Positions 10,820 to 24,639 of a DNA stretch of 64,000 nt are shown piece by piece; within the stretch, counting starts at the first letter, position 1; each line of letters opens with the position of its first letter. The notes under the pieces were generated by a model. That model was not told where the DNA came from. It was given only the letters and a program-made list of their open reading frames with translations, and made no database searches. Both the position numbers and the translations under genes were made by a program. The stretch lies in NCBI RefSeq assembly GCF_048593235.1, contig NC_133619.1, positions 65,114,454 through 65,178,453 on the forward strand, given 5' to 3'. The DNA comes from Sminthopsis crassicaudata (taxonomy: Eukaryota).

Positions 10820-11820
10820 CACAGTAGTGGAAAAACCCCTGGGGCATCAATTTCCTCATTTGCATAAAGAAAGAATTAAATTATATGACTTCTAAGGGCC
10901 TCTTCAATTCCAAGAAACTATAAATCTATAAATTCTTTTAGCTAATTGAATTTATAATTCCCTGAGCTCAACTTCAGCTATTACAACTTCTTCATTCCTT
11001 TTCTCCATTTTTGGATTCCCTATCCCCAGATTCTCTAGAAGTTCCCATTGTTTTTCCACAACTCACCCTATCCCATATTCATTTCTTTTCCTACTTACCC
11101 CAATATCCCAAGTCCAGATTTTTACCTGTACCATTTCCTCTAGGAAATCATCTCCTATCCTCATCTCCATGACATTGAATTATCATCACCATCTCCATTT
11201 TTAGAATGCTTTAAAGTTTGCAAGGTATTTTACATTGGTTTCATCCTTGTCATTGTATCCACAATGTCTAACACAAAACAGGTTAATTAATAAATACTTC
11301 TGGTTATGGATACCATTGGAGCCTCATAGCATCTTTGTGAGAGAGGTATTATAGACATTATTATCTCCACTTTACAGGTGAAAAAATTGAGTCCCAGAGA
11401 ACTTTGATGACTATCCCATCATTGCCCAGGTCATAATCATTGGCATTTTATCCACTGTGTTTTACAACCTAATGGGTAAATCATATTTGTCAAGGGTAAA
11501 ATAGGGATAATGATACCCACAATACCAGCTTTACAGGGTTGTTATGAAATTCAACTGTGACAATAGTATATAATGTACTTTACCAACCTTGAAGCTTTAT
11601 AAGATAGATGTTATTATCATTATTAGTAAGAGGCAGAGTGGTGAAAGAGATTAAAAAATCATCTTGGGGATCAGGAAAAACAAAAATCAAATCCTATCTT
11701 TGAGAAATAATAAAGGTGCCAAGTTATTTAACCTCCATCTACCTCCAAGGAACTCTCTAAAACTAATTTAAAGATAGCTTGCCAATTTGCATTTATTAAG
11801 GGATTTTCCACATCATAAAT
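10820..11820. mobile_element. Cluster of MIR/MIR3 and marsupial CORE-SINE fragments in both orientations
   Basis: CAATTTCCTCATTTGCATAAAG (10850), ATCTCCACTTTACAGGTGAAAAAATTGAG (11365), AAATAGGGATAATGATACC (11500). Confidence 0.65.
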
Positions 11821-12479
11821 TCCCTAAATTGATGAAATGATAGGTCCAGGCAGATCTATAGTTATCTATATATCTTTATATAATCATAACTGCCAATTAA
11901 TTACAATAAAAATTATGCTAGGCAAGTCTCCTTACAAAGATTAGACCTTCTCTCAGGAAAAGTGCTTACATTTTCAAAAGACTTAAAAACTTGGCATTGT
12001 GTAAAGGGAGCTCTGAATGAGCAACTTACTTCTACCAATGCTAACCAAGCAATGCTGGTACCAATTTGCCTAAGTTTAAGTGTTCCTCACTGGTTTTTGA
12101 TGTTGTTTGATGGGCCTGATGAAGGCTATGGGCTCCATTTCAAAATTATATATATAAAATAAAGTACATAGGATTGAAAATAAAAACAAAGGTTAATGAA
12201 AATAAAGATATAATTTTTCTCTCCATTCAAGTTCATGGACCTTCTCAAATCTGACAGTCTATGAACTTCCTGCAGTCCACAACAGATTAAACGATATGCC
12301 TAAATTCACATAGACACTATGTTTCAGAAGTAAGATTGCACCCAGATTTGCTAGGCTTCTGCTGACGTGGAAGACAGAGAGCTAATAGAGTTGAGTTATG
12401 GAGTCAGGGAACAGGTCAGAGTCATCCTTTGAACCAAGCACTTGCTTTTTTGGCTTCCTGGAGGATAGATTAAGGTGCA

Positions 12480-12680
12480 AGAAGGAAGATATGGATTTGA
12501 GTCTTAACTCTACCACTAACCAGATAATTACCATTTCATGAGTGACTTAAAATTATCTGATTCTAAGTGATTTCATCTATAAAATGAGGTTAACAACATC
12601 TGTAATATTTACCTTGTGAGGATCACAAAAAATAAATGTATAGTACATGTAGCCATAAAAAACTCCATAAATGTAACCCA
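12480..12680 (+). mobile_element. MIR SINE
   Basis: GTGATTTCATCTATAAAATGAGG...TTACCTTGTGAGGATCAC MIR core. Confidence 0.7.
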
Positions 12681-13599
12681 ATGTACCAGGCTCAATCTCA
12701 AACCTTGTGCTATAAAGATTTCACAAGTATGAAATCCCTGCCTCTGGAAGCATGTCCATTTAGTAGGGGGAGGATGCAGAGATAGACTGACAGGCAGACA
12801 AAGTATCTCTTCTGTCATGTTGTCACAAAGAACACAAATTCAAAAACCAAGTGACTTTGGCTCCCTGAGAAATTCAATTATCACCTCTGAAATACATAGC
12901 CTGGAGGGTTTCACACAGGTCTCAGCAGAGGTGCCTGTAATAAGAAAAAAAAATTGGTTTCTGTTTTAAGAAGTTCTTATAAAGTACTTGCTTGCATAAG
13001 GCAGATAGAAACGCTGAGAGGTTAGCATTGGTTTCTATGGTCTGCTGAATTGGGAAAAAAGAAGTCTGCCCCACAGAAAGAGGATGGAAGATAGGGAATA
13101 TCTGAACCTGAGTCAAATCCCAACCCTGGCATGTTATGCCTGTGTGAACTTAAAATCTCTTAATTTCCTTGCCTATATAGGTACTCTCACCCTCAAAACA
13201 GATTTCAATCCATATCTGTCTTCTCAGTCTGCACAATTGTTATTCACTTACTCTTGTAATTTGACCTCTTAGAATCCAACCAACATTCCAGAGTCCTACC
13301 TTTAGGTATCTTTACACTCAGATATTACCAATGATGCATCTAGGATGTCTGTCACTTACTCTCATAACCTGCCTAATGAACATTTCCTTTTTCAATCCAG
13401 TCTCTCCTTGATGCCAGTTTTTATTTTGCTTTTGTACACAACTGTTTTGTCTCTGTATAGTGCAACCTGCTTATAAATATCATATAATTCTCCATTTTCC
13501 TTTGGGTGAATTGAAATTTTGATTCTTTATATTCTGTTGTATCCTAGGACTCATGGACTAGAAGAATTCATTCTTAATAGATTTTTTTTTTTTACTTAA

Positions 13600-13800
13600 C
13601 AAATGATTTCACTGGTATAGGAAACCAATGAGAAAAAGTCAGTGAGGAAACTACTCTTACCAATGCATAGCAGCAATTATTCTACAACTTACAGTTTTAG
13701 GGTATTTCCTGAGGCATGCTAAGGTTAGGTGACTTATATGGCGTCACACAGTCAGGATATGAGAAAGTCAAGATTTTCATTCTAGGTTTCTTGACTCTAT
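13600..13800 (-). mobile_element. Marsupial CORE-SINE
   Basis: GAGGAAACTACTCTTACCAATGCATAGCAGCAATTATTCTACAACTTACAG...GGTTAGGTGACTT. Confidence 0.75.
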
Positions 13801-14744
13801 CATTTATATCTCTTTGAAAGAATATTGGTGTGAAAAAAAACAAAAAACAAAAAAAGCCTTTTTTTAAGGAGAGTATATTCCAAATATAATTAAGCACATT
13901 GAATATAATGTTAGTGTTGGTTGATTGTTAGCCAATCTTGATGGACTCTTTATTTTCCCTTTCCTTTTCTATTCTTACTCAGAATTAGTATGGTTATGAA
14001 TTTTAATAATATTTATTATTTATTTTAGATAATAATATTATTAGTGTTTTTAATTATTCATGTTACTAATTTTATGTTATTAAAATTGGTCTTTAGGTAG
14101 GGAAGGGGACAGATACACAAAGAAATTAAAATAATATATTTTTAAATAGTCATTAAAATTAAAAGAAAAATGCATGCATTCCAGCTCTCCTCTTCCTATT
14201 AAATTCTAGGCCCATTTTAATTCCATATATTACATTTCCAAGATGGATATATTGATGGACTAGTTCTAATACATTATCAGTAGTAGTGCTATATTGTCAT
14301 TTGGCTAATAGATGTTTTTCATCCATTCATCTTTATTCTCACTGAATTCTTGAATTCCTTCAGGAGTAAGGGATTGATTGTGGATCTATACCATTCCAGA
14401 ACTTGGTTATGATCATTTTCATTTTCTCCACATTATCCCTTTATAGAAATTGGGCTTTAGGAAATAATCAGTTGATTAAAATGGTAAGATGTTAATTTTT
14501 AATCTATCACAATGTTATCTAGTTATTTAAAAAAAACAGGAAAGCATTTTTTGCATAAATTCCAGAAGATTTACTAGTGTTCTAGCAAATGTAGGGATCT
14601 GTCCAACATGCACAGCAAGAGCAATTCAACACAAATTAAAATATATTCATTAAATGACTACTTTATACAAGGCATTGTGCATCAGGCCCATTAACCTTTC
14701 ACTATAAGGCTTATGGAGTTATACTAATTCAGCAATGTGGTTAT

Positions 14745-15131
14745 TTTATTTCTGCTAATATTGTTTTGTAGTTTGTAAATTCCTTTATTTTTGTGCTACA
14801 GTGATTTTTAGGACATTTTTTCATAGTAGTAAAACTTAGTCATATGATGGTCAATTCATTCTTCATCAATCTTAATAATATACATATCAGTACACATTTT
14901 ATGGACAAGATGACAATCACAAGCAATGAAGTCCATTCTCATTTACTCCTTGTTGTCACAATAAGAAAGGCAAAGCAGGTGAGCTTTGGGGGTTGGATGG
15001 CGGCAGCTGCGACCAGTGATCCTAGGCAGGACTATCAGTAGCTATCAGAAAAAAAGCAAGGAAAAACTAGTGTTTCTTTGCTGATACTTTATTAACTGGT
15101 CACTTCTACAGACGGCAAAGTGATGGTCATC
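14745..15131 (-). ncRNA. Candidate terminal exon of an unannotated minus-strand transcript
   Basis: Strong acceptor CTCTGTCTTTCTTTCACTCTTTCCTCTTCAAG ending at 15132. AATAAA signals at 15088-15093 and 14784-14789. Unique sequence with several retained CpGs. No expression evidence. Confidence 0.3.
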
Positions 15132-16699
15132 CTTGAAGAGGAAAGAGTGAAAGAAAGACAGAGTTAAGACACTTTGTGGCAGAACAGGAGGGAATTGGTT
15201 TTGGCTTTGTATCAATATTTGTTCTTTATTGTGCTGGGGGTGACCTTAGAGAAGTCTTGTGTGCTGAACTGTGATCCTTAGCTGCCCAAGGTTTTGAACG
15301 CAAAGAATGATTTTTTACCATAATGTCAGCAGCAGCTGCACCCATGTATTTCTCTCAGAAATGCCTGTGTTGGATACTCCTGATAAGTAACTGAGTATGG
15401 TCTCTACCCTAAAAAATTTGATGGATACTTTAGTCAAGTCCCTGTGATTCTTGTAGAGAGAAGTTTCCACTTAACTTTGAAGCTAAAGAGATGTCCAGAA
15501 TTCATTGACTATATTTTTCTTTTTTGTGGGGGGTCCACAAATGCACCAAAATAATGTACATGATTCACTGCTCTAGTTTGCCATAAAGTTAAGACATAGG
15601 GTGAGAATTCTTGTCTCCCTAATCAATATTCAGAAACTCAGATTTTACAAATGATGTTAATAGCCTGATGAGAGTATTGCAGTTAATAGAGTAGAATTGA
15701 TTATTTGTGTAAATGTTGCATATTGACAGTTCTTTTGAATAAAACATGGTAGGGTTAATTCTAATATATTGTAGTTGGAAATTATAAAAAACAACAGATT
15801 TCATGATCAAACTCTACAATGGTCTCTCGATGAGGTTCTAGTAAGTGAAACCAAATCATCATATGCCACAAAAATTAAGGAAGCAGAGTCTTAAGATAAT
15901 TCATGAGTGTGCAAACACAAGAAATACCTACTCTAAGATATCAATAAATCACTTTAGGTATCCCAACAATTGCTTAGAATGTGAAAAAAACACTTTAGAT
16001 TCAAGAATGAAAATGATAAAATGATAGAATATGACACTTAAATTATTTCTAAAAGAAATGCACAAACTGGAATAATATTTCACCTCACTTTATGAGTATA
16101 TTGCCTCTTTCCACTGATACTTATTTACTATTTAGGAATGAGAATGGCAAGGAGACTATTCTATGACCAATTCTTATCAGTAACCACCAGCCCCTAAGAC
16201 CTGACCACATCATCTCTGGATAAGAATCTCAGTCATTGGTCCAAGTTTGACTTTAACTTGGACTAGTGACTGAGATTCTTATCTAGACAAGACATACTGA
16301 CTCATAAAAAGGGCAAAGTAAGTCAGTTACCAGAAACTTCAGGGACATTTTTCATTAAAGTACCAATTACTACATGAGTTTTCTCAGACTTGCAACTATA
16401 GGGAAAATTCTTAATTTTTCTAAGATTCAATTCCTTCACCTATAAGATAATAATAATAACACCTTCAAAGACTTGTACTTATCTTGTAAGATTGTTTTGA
16501 TGAATATACTTTGTTAATCTCAATGCACTATGGAAGAGTGATATGTTACTATTTCTATTTTATTCTTTTAATCTCTTGCAACAGAATTCAGAGAAAAAAA
16601 TAGTTTCCCAAGAGGCTGTGATCTTGCTATTTTTCTTTTATATTTAGTGTTTTAAGGACCATTTTGTAGGTGGATAAATTAGCTTTTTTTGGTATTTAA

Positions 16700-17450
16700 C
16701 TAAAAGTATCATGTAAATTTATCCTCTATAGATTCACAAAAACATCTTTGATGCAATGTCCATAGCAGTTTGGACAGAAGGAATGGCCTATATAAGATAA
16801 GGTAACTGCAAGCTAATTGCATCTTATTCTTTTCACGTCTTTATATTTTTTGGCCAGATCTCTATAATATAAAAGCATTTTGTCCCATATAAGCTGGAAA
16901 TTATGATTATTTGGTATGGTAATATCCAGGATGAAAAAGTTAGGATGTTGTACTATAAAGTTTAATTTACTCTATTAAATATTTTCTCTAATAGTTTCTT
17001 AAGCTAAGAATCAATGAAACAATAAAAAAGCTTTTATTTATTGCAATTTCCAAGGCATAAATGCTTATACTGAAAAATTTAACAATCTGCTGTTGAGATC
17101 CAGTATGAACTGAGTTCACCATACTTCTAATATCTACTTTTGAAAATTTCTTAAGATTTTATGAATTAATTCTATGTCTGTATGTTAGTGAGCAATAGTT
17201 CAATTCATGATAATGGTCCAATATAGTATGTCAGAACATTTGTCTGAGAAATTTAGAGGTCTCTACATGTGTAATGATTTTTTTTTGTCATTCTATGAAA
17301 GATAGTAAGCTTCTGATGTATATAATTCCAGCCATTTGGATATGTTTCACTAAAATTCAGTAAGTTAAGTTTTTATACCCTACAGTGATGAATCATACTG
17401 TTTCCATTTATTTTTGCTTAGTATATATCTATCATCAAGTCCAGGCTATT
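16700..17450 (+). mobile_element. Possible very old LINE reverse-transcriptase remnant (RTE-X/L4-like)
   Basis: Frameshifted motif echoes ID..K..FDAMS...W (~16730-16775), GC....FNL (~16945-16970) and a weak YADD-like position (~17065), at roughly RT spacing. Confidence 0.3.
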
Positions 17451-18051
17451 GGGGGTAACTCTTCTGTAGATTTTGGTAGTAATGGCCTGATCCTGACTAG
17501 CTATCATATTTTTTTTTGTTTCAACATATAAATCTGGATGATTCCTATCTTTGTTGATATATTCTTGGCTTAGTTAATGTGGATATTGCCCATAGAGGAC
17601 TTTTTGATTCCATTATCAAATCTCTGTTATTTCACATGAATAAATGAGAAGTAAGCCATTGTAAGTTTATATTAGATAAGTTCAATATTATGGACCTATT
17701 ATTATCCTTTAGTTTTGTTTAATTAACTAATGTGTACATAATTCAATTAGATTTCTATGAGATTTTCATATACTCTTACAGATATTCTGATATTCTATTC
17801 CTTTAGGTTCTCTTCCTCCTTGGCATCATTTTTATAGATACTATGGGTAGATGGATCCCGTATTTATTTAACACAGTATAGGTTTTTGTTAGGATAGTTT
17901 TACATTTGAAATGATCCATATCACATTTCCAAAGTGTACCTTAAGACTTTAATTGTTCTTCCATTCAGCTTCAATTTTGATCACTAGGAACTTTCTTGAT
18001 ATAACTAGTTACTATCTTTTCTTTGATGTATTTATAGTAAATGTATCTTAC

Positions 18052-18125
18052 CTGGAGTAGACCATCATTTGAAGGTATCATTTTCATTTATTGATTCAAT
18101 GTAATTTCCAAATTTCAACTCAAAG
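18052..18125 (-). ncRNA. Candidate internal exon (74 nt), minus strand
   Basis: Acceptor CTATTTCTGTCTATCAG and consensus donor CAG|GTAAGA; all three frames contain a stop. Confidence 0.3.
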
Positions 18126-18649
18126 CTGATAGACAGAAATAGATATTAAATACTTTCTATGTACAGTCAGTCAATCATTACTTCCCCTTGATATCCAGGT
18201 AAAATGAGCACAGGACACTGAACTCAAGAGTTTTGGAAGTAGTTGTACCTTTTAGACTATTAGTCATGTTTGTAGTTCAGCCTTTTCAACCATCATCTGT
18301 AAAAGCTTATGAAGAGTATATTCTCCTATGGAGAAGGAGCCAGTCATCCCCTTTTACTATCACCTATGGGACAAACAAGCCAGTCTAGTTGAAGACACCC
18401 CAAGGGAAAGACAAGAGGCAGCTTGTGCCAGACAATTCAAAACACTGCCACCACCTCAATTATCATTTCCCATTATACCCATGGTTTTGATTATATTGAC
18501 TTGATATCTTCCTCTTTCTGGCTTCTTCCTTTTTTCCCGAGATCTATGAAGAATTAAATATAATCCCTTTTACACACTAAATATCTTCCAATACATGGTG
18601 ACAATTAAGAGATCCTACACCCAAAATTTTCTTGTCAAGGCTAATTAAT

Positions 18650-19070
18650 TCCAATAAAAAATCCAATCCAATAAGTATTTATTAGATATCTATGTTGTGC
18701 AAGAAATAATGATAGATTCCTTTTTAGGGGAGAATGATCTCATTTTAACCAACAAGTATTTATGTAGTTATTTGAAGATGGAGAGTATGCCAGTTCATTG
18801 GGGGAATCAGGAAAAGTTTTCCAAAATAGATAGTGACAGAGCTTATCCCTGAAGGAAGTTAGGGATTCTAAAAAAATCAATCAGTGGGATAGGAATATGC
18901 TCCAATGACAAGGTATAGTCTGCACAGAGGCATCAAGTCTTCAAATTCAATGGCTGATTCCAGGAAAAACAATTGGGCCAGTCTAGCAGGAATATAGAGG
19001 TCTTGAAGAGTAATCAGGTGAAATAAGTTTGGAAAGGGAGACATTGTGAAGAATTCTGACTAACAGAAGG
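18650..19070 (-). mobile_element. L2 LINE 3' end
   Basis: CAATAAGTATTTATTAGATATCTATGTTGTGC...GGGGGAATCAGGAAAAG...GAAGGAAGTTAGGGATTC. Confidence 0.7.
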
Positions 19071-19594
19071 TCTTCAATAAATTTTTTACTCACTAACTGC
19101 ATCAGGTATCTGAGAATGTGTGGCTGGAAATCCTCATGTCATCACAGCAAGCTGCTGGTATTTACCCTACCCCAGACAAGCCATGTGCAATCCAGACTAC
19201 TCCTACTCTGAAACCAAAAGAAAGCCATCAGAGCTAAGGTTCTACTGAGTTTTTCTTCCATAAATTTTATTCCTATAAAGTTGTCATTAGCCATTATGGT
19301 ACCCATTAGCTATGGTACCACAAATGTATGCAGAGCAAAGTATCAGAAAAGTTCATTTTCAGGATAAAAAATGAGATCTAAAAGAGAAAATTCAGACTTC
19401 AGAATGGAAATAGAAGTCACAGAATAGCAGACAGTAGGCAGAAGTCTTAGAACTCCATGAGGATATTGCAGGAGACTAAAAGGAGGCCATGATCAAGATA
19501 GGGAGGTATTTACTAGGGAGATGATAGAAAGAAAGAGGAAGAACTTCCTACTTTAATTATTCTTGCTAAGCATATGCTAAACAGAATATTTTCA

Positions 19595-19790
19595 AAAGCA
19601 GCTAGGTGACATAACAGATAGGATAATGGACTTAGAGGCAAGAAGTCCTGAAGTCCTGCCTCAGATATTTACTAGCCATACGCTACTTAACCTTTCTCAG
19701 TCTCAATATCTTTATGTGTAAAATAGAAATAATAAAAACAACTGCCTGCCAGAGCTCTAATAAGCAAATAATATAAAGCTTTTATCTTAG
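19595..19790 (+). mobile_element. MIR-type SINE
   Basis: GCAGCTAGGTG head, CCTGCCTCAGATATTTACTAGC, CTCAATATCTTTATGTGTAAAAT core. Confidence 0.7.
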
Positions 19791-20833
19791 CAATTTTCAT
19801 TATTTCTATCTGCTGAAAAAAGAGAGTACACTTTTAATTTTGGAGCAACATTCAATTTTCCTTTCCTACTTAGGGGCTTGAAAAAGAGTCAAGGTTAGGT
19901 GTTTTATTGTCTGAAAGCAAATATATTGCATTTTCAACTCAACAACTTCAAGGTGCTGTTTAGTGTCTCACAATAAATACCGACCTCTGCATCTTAATAT
20001 CAGAACTTTCCCTTATTGTAAATATATTGTTATTTGCCACAAAATATCATTTGGTGAAGAAGCACCAACATCTAATTGTTTAAGGAGAGTGTGAACTACA
20101 GCAGTGATGGAATTAATTAGCCATAATGGCCTACATGAATTTCCTCAGACAAAATAGATCATCTCATTTGTATTGCTGACTTCCTTGTCTGGATTGCTTT
20201 TCTCCCTCTTTATTTTCTTCATTTTCCTGGATTGCTTTAAGATTCATCTCAACTTTACTCCCTCTCCTTGTCCCCTTCCCAGTCAATAATGCCTTTCCCA
20301 TTCAGATTATTTTCCATCAACTGAAACATATCTTAAATGTATTTAGTTATTTACTTGTTGCCATCCTCATTCAAATATGAACTCCAAGAGGACAGGGATT
20401 ATTCTTACTTATTTTTAATGCTTACATATTACCCAATCCATCTCTAATCATCCTGATCTATATCAGGTGACTGGACCCTAATGGCTCAAGAGTGAGACTG
20501 ATGACTTTGCACCCTCCATCCTTAATTCCTAGACCGTCTCACCTCTTTAAGCTAATAAAACTGCATCATTAATTTGATAGCATCTCAGATTGGCTCCTAT
20601 CTTTAATTGGGTGTAAAGAGAGTGACTAACATGGAAACTACCTAAAGAATTTAAGCCATTAACAAACCATTAACATAAGTTATCTGTCCAAAAAGGATAG
20701 AATGCTTTTTGTGGGAAAATTATGTTATTATTCCAAAAGGGAGTCATCAGTCATCTTGATCTTATTTCATGCAGCAAATCCCAAAAATGGTTTTAAGAAA
20801 GTCTTGGCTAGCCCAGTGTTTCAAGAGGCTTAC

Positions 20834-21144
20834 CTTGCCTCTCCAAATACGCTTTTACCTGAGGGCTTACATGACGAACAGGAACATATTCTGAATGCTC
20901 TTCTTATGCATCTACTCTTTGCTCATTCTCACCAGGAGTATTTATTTGCTACATCCCTGTCACTATGACTGAGATCATGGGGGCCTGTATTACACAAGCC
21001 TCATTGTACAAATGGGCCACTTTGGAATCACCATGTTGATAAACTCTGATGTGAAGGCATTCCTCGCTGCGACCTTGGCAACAGCAGAACCATTAGAAGT
21101 CTCCCCTTTATAGCCATCTGGCATTGATCTTTCAGCTACATCTC
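20834..21144 (-). ncRNA. Candidate internal exon (311 nt), minus strand
   Basis: Acceptor CTTCTATCTGCATCTTGACTGAATTCTCAG and donor AAG|GTAAGC. Unique, moderately GC-rich, with retained CpGs. No frame is open throughout. Confidence 0.3.
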
Positions 21145-21269
21145 CTGAGAATTCAGTCAAGATGCAGATAGAAGCAAGTGGTTGTTCTTTGTCCCTTGTC
21201 ATTGGTAAATGCCATGGTCTGATATTTTGATGATTCTTTCTTAGTATTTTTATTATGAATATAACCATC

Positions 21270-22307
21270 TTTTAAGTAATATTTCACTTGTTTTAATCAG
21301 TCAAAATTTGCCTTTTTTACTTTCCTCCTACCCCTTCCTAAAGGATATCAAAAAAATTCCAAATGGGTATAGTCAATCAAAACAAATATCCACATTGGCC
21401 ACTTACCAAGAATATTTGCCTCATTCTCCATTCTGAATGCTTTACCTCTGTGAGGAAGCAGATAACATGCTTCATCATTAGTTCTCTGAAATCCTGGTTG
21501 GTCTTCATTTAGCTAAGTGTTCAGTACAATAGTATTTTAATACATTTACATACAATAATTTATTCATCAATTCCCCGGTTTATGGACATCCCTTCAGATT
21601 TGCATCCTTTGCTACCTAAAAAAAATATAAATATTTTTCATTCTGTTTTTCTTAGGACTAATTCCTGCCTCAAATTCCTCCTCACCCTCCTATTTTTCTC
21701 CCCTTTCCCTCCTATGTTCCTGTTAAGTGAAATGCATTTNNNNNNNNNNNNNNNNNNNNNNNNNNNNNNNNNNNNNNNNNNNNNNNNNNNNNNNNNNNNN
21801 NNNNNNNNNNNNNNNNNNNNNNNNNNNNNNNNNNNNNNNNNNNNNNNNNNNNNNNNNNNNNNNNNNNNNNNNNNNNNNNNNNCAACCCCCCCTTTTTCTT
21901 TGTTTTCCATAGATTATTTGCTTGTACTCCCCTTATGATGTGAGGTAATTTTTCTCTCCCTAAATTTTCCTTTTCCTTTCTTCTCTCCTCCGCAAACCCC
22001 CCAATGTAATTCTCTCTTTTCCATTTTTCTTAAGATCATCAAGACATAACAGAGCAATTCCCAGGCCTTGTCTAATTGAGCTCTCTCTATGTACCCTGAT
22101 ACATATAACTAAGTAAAACAAAACAAAACATTCCAGTCAGTATTCAAAGACAAGATAGAGAGTTGCATGAGAAATTGTGAGATTGTTAGTAAATTTTTAA
22201 ACTATATACTAAGTTTAACAGTCATAACAAAATCACTGTTTCTTCTGTGTATTTTTAAAATGCTTAATTGCTTTTTTTATTTTTTGCATTTCTGCAATTA
22301 TCTACTA

Positions 22308-22364
<57 letters not shown>

Positions 22365-22680
22365 AATAACTAACCACTATCATCATCCTCATTGGAACCT
22401 TTACTAATAAAAAAAAAAAGTATAGTCACAAATAAAACAAATAAATCTATTGGTCATGTCTGAAATCACAGATTGCATTTTGTACTTCTCTCATCCATCT
22501 CTTTTCTAACAAGAAGCCAGTAGTATCCTTTCTCATCAGTCTTCTGGAGACATGACTGGTCACTCACTGCTTTGACAAGAGATCTGAAGGCTTTCAACAT
22601 TGTTTTCTTTTACATTATCATGGTCTTTGTGTCGATTGTTCTCATAGTTCTGCTCACTTCACTCTGAACTCATCCTTTGT
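21270..22680 (-). mobile_element. Old marsupial L1 3' UTR fragments interrupted by an assembly gap and a (CA)n tract at 22311-22362
   Basis: CAATCAAAACAAATATCCACATTGGCC, CATCAGTCTTCTGGAG, GTTCTGCTCACTTCACTCTG motifs. Confidence 0.65.
21740..21882. other. Assembly gap
   Basis: Run of N. Confidence 1.
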
Positions 22681-22974
22681 TTTTTCCACACCTGCTAGTA
22701 TAACACTGAGGCAGCAGCTCCACAAAAGAGTGGCCCTTTATTGGTTAAGATAGAAGGTTAATGGATATGTTAAGAATGTAGGTCAGCAACTACTGACATA
22801 GGAGTGACCTAAACTTGGCCAACTTCAAAGCACTGTTAAAACATCAGCTGTTATATCATCACTACTCCCTAGTTACTTAGTAAGGGAAAGAACTAGGACT
22901 TGAGCCTAAATTATATTTAGTATATACATATATAATATACATATATAGTATTTCCTTCTCCAGCTCAGTTTACA

Positions 22975-23120
22975 GATTAGAAAATCAAGGCAATCAGAGT
23001 TAAATGACTCACTGAGGTTCATGTAGGTAATAAGTATATGAAGAAAGATTTGAACTTAAGAAAAATAGGTCTTTCTAATATCAGGCTGGCGCTCTATCCA
23101 CTGAACACCTAGCTGCCCAT
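22975..23120 (-). mobile_element. MIR-type/marsupial SINE
   Basis: CAGAGTTAAATGACTCAC...GATTTGAACTTAAG...GCTCTATCCACTGAACACCTAGCTGCCC. Confidence 0.8.
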
Positions 23121-24639
23121 ATTTTATTGTCACAGTTTCCTAAAATAAGTATAATGGATATATGCATAATATACCCAAGAATAACAATGACAACAATGTT
23201 TTTTTTTAATCTCTAATGATAATAAGAGTTGATTCTGATAGTCTAAGAAAGTTTCCTAGAAAAGTATATTTTATTTTGATTTTATTGGAGATATTGGGGA
23301 GGGAAAAGGGGGGAATGGCTTGTGCAAACATTCAATAAATTTATATACATGTATTAAATGTTTACTATATGGCAGGCACTGTGCTAAGCGAATGAAATAG
23401 AATTTCATTTGATTTTCACAACAATCCTTCTAGATAGGTGCTTTGATTATTCCCATTAAGTCAACATTAAATTCTTATCAAATTTGAACTCAGATCTCTC
23501 TGATTCTAGATTTAAACTTCAATTTACTGGGTCACCTAAATGCCTAGCTGGGGATTAAAAAATAAAACAAAAATGAAAGAAACTCTACCTTCGGGAAATT
23601 TACTTTTACAAATAAAGAGACAGGTCAGAGAAGTTAGCCATGGCAGAATTTGAAATAAGATCTTCCTGATTCCAAGTGTAGCATTCTATTCTACTACTCT
23701 ACCTTCCATGTTCTGTTTTAGGTGGTAAAAGTAAGAAGGTGGTAGATAAGAAAGATTAATGGGTTTGTCTCCCATCTGGCAAGGTAGTGATAAAAGAGAG
23801 AAGGGTAAATAGGATGCTAGGGTGGGATGATGATGAGAATTTGGTAGAAGGTCTTAAAACTTCTGTCTTCTAAGAATACTGAAAATAGCAGTTATTTATG
23901 AATAGATTAGGTATTTGAACAAAAGTCAGCTACAATTCATATACTGTGGATAGAAGAAGGCTTTGGATTGCCCATAGAAATAGTGATCCTCTCAGCTCAG
24001 AAATGGCTAGTTGGTCACTCCCAGGTATTCATTTAGGTTCTCTATGTCTCATCCCATCCTCACCCTTCTTGTCTCATCCCATACTCACCCTCATCCTGAC
24101 TCTTTCTCCAGTGCCCTCCCCACATATACACACACATTGACATAAAACAAGATTTAGCATGTATATTAAAGTGAGTCTCAGGCTGAAGTTTCTCCATGGA
24201 TTTAGATAGTAAGAAGTATGCTCTGGGGCCCATGATAGGCTGTAGACTTCCTCACCTGCTTCAAGCATCTGGGAGGGATTCAGAAGATAATGGATAGAAA
24301 ACCCTCTGAGTTCTTCAGCTAAAGGTCTGGCCAAGCCCCAAACACAATAAATTCTGCACCTGCAATTATCTGCAGCTGCAAAGCTGGAAGGGTGAAAAGG
24401 AGTCAGTCCCTCCCTCAATTAGCTAATTGCAGGCACAGTTGGCCAGCGGCTGGATGATATTTTCAGCTGCAAACTTGTCTCTCAGAACTGTGAGATGTTA
24501 AAGGCACCCTTCATCAGATATAACATCCCAAAGGGACCCTCTAATGGGGTAGGAGAATTTCCTGGTTAAATCTATTTCTTGAAGATTCATAAAGAAAAAC
24601 AGGTTTATCATATAATCACTGTGATGTAAAATGATATAG

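Noticed and set aside
20834-21144. Selenoprotein or readthrough reading of a frame with four TGA stops
   Set aside because: The same frame also has a TAG, there is no homology, and no SECIS was recognised.
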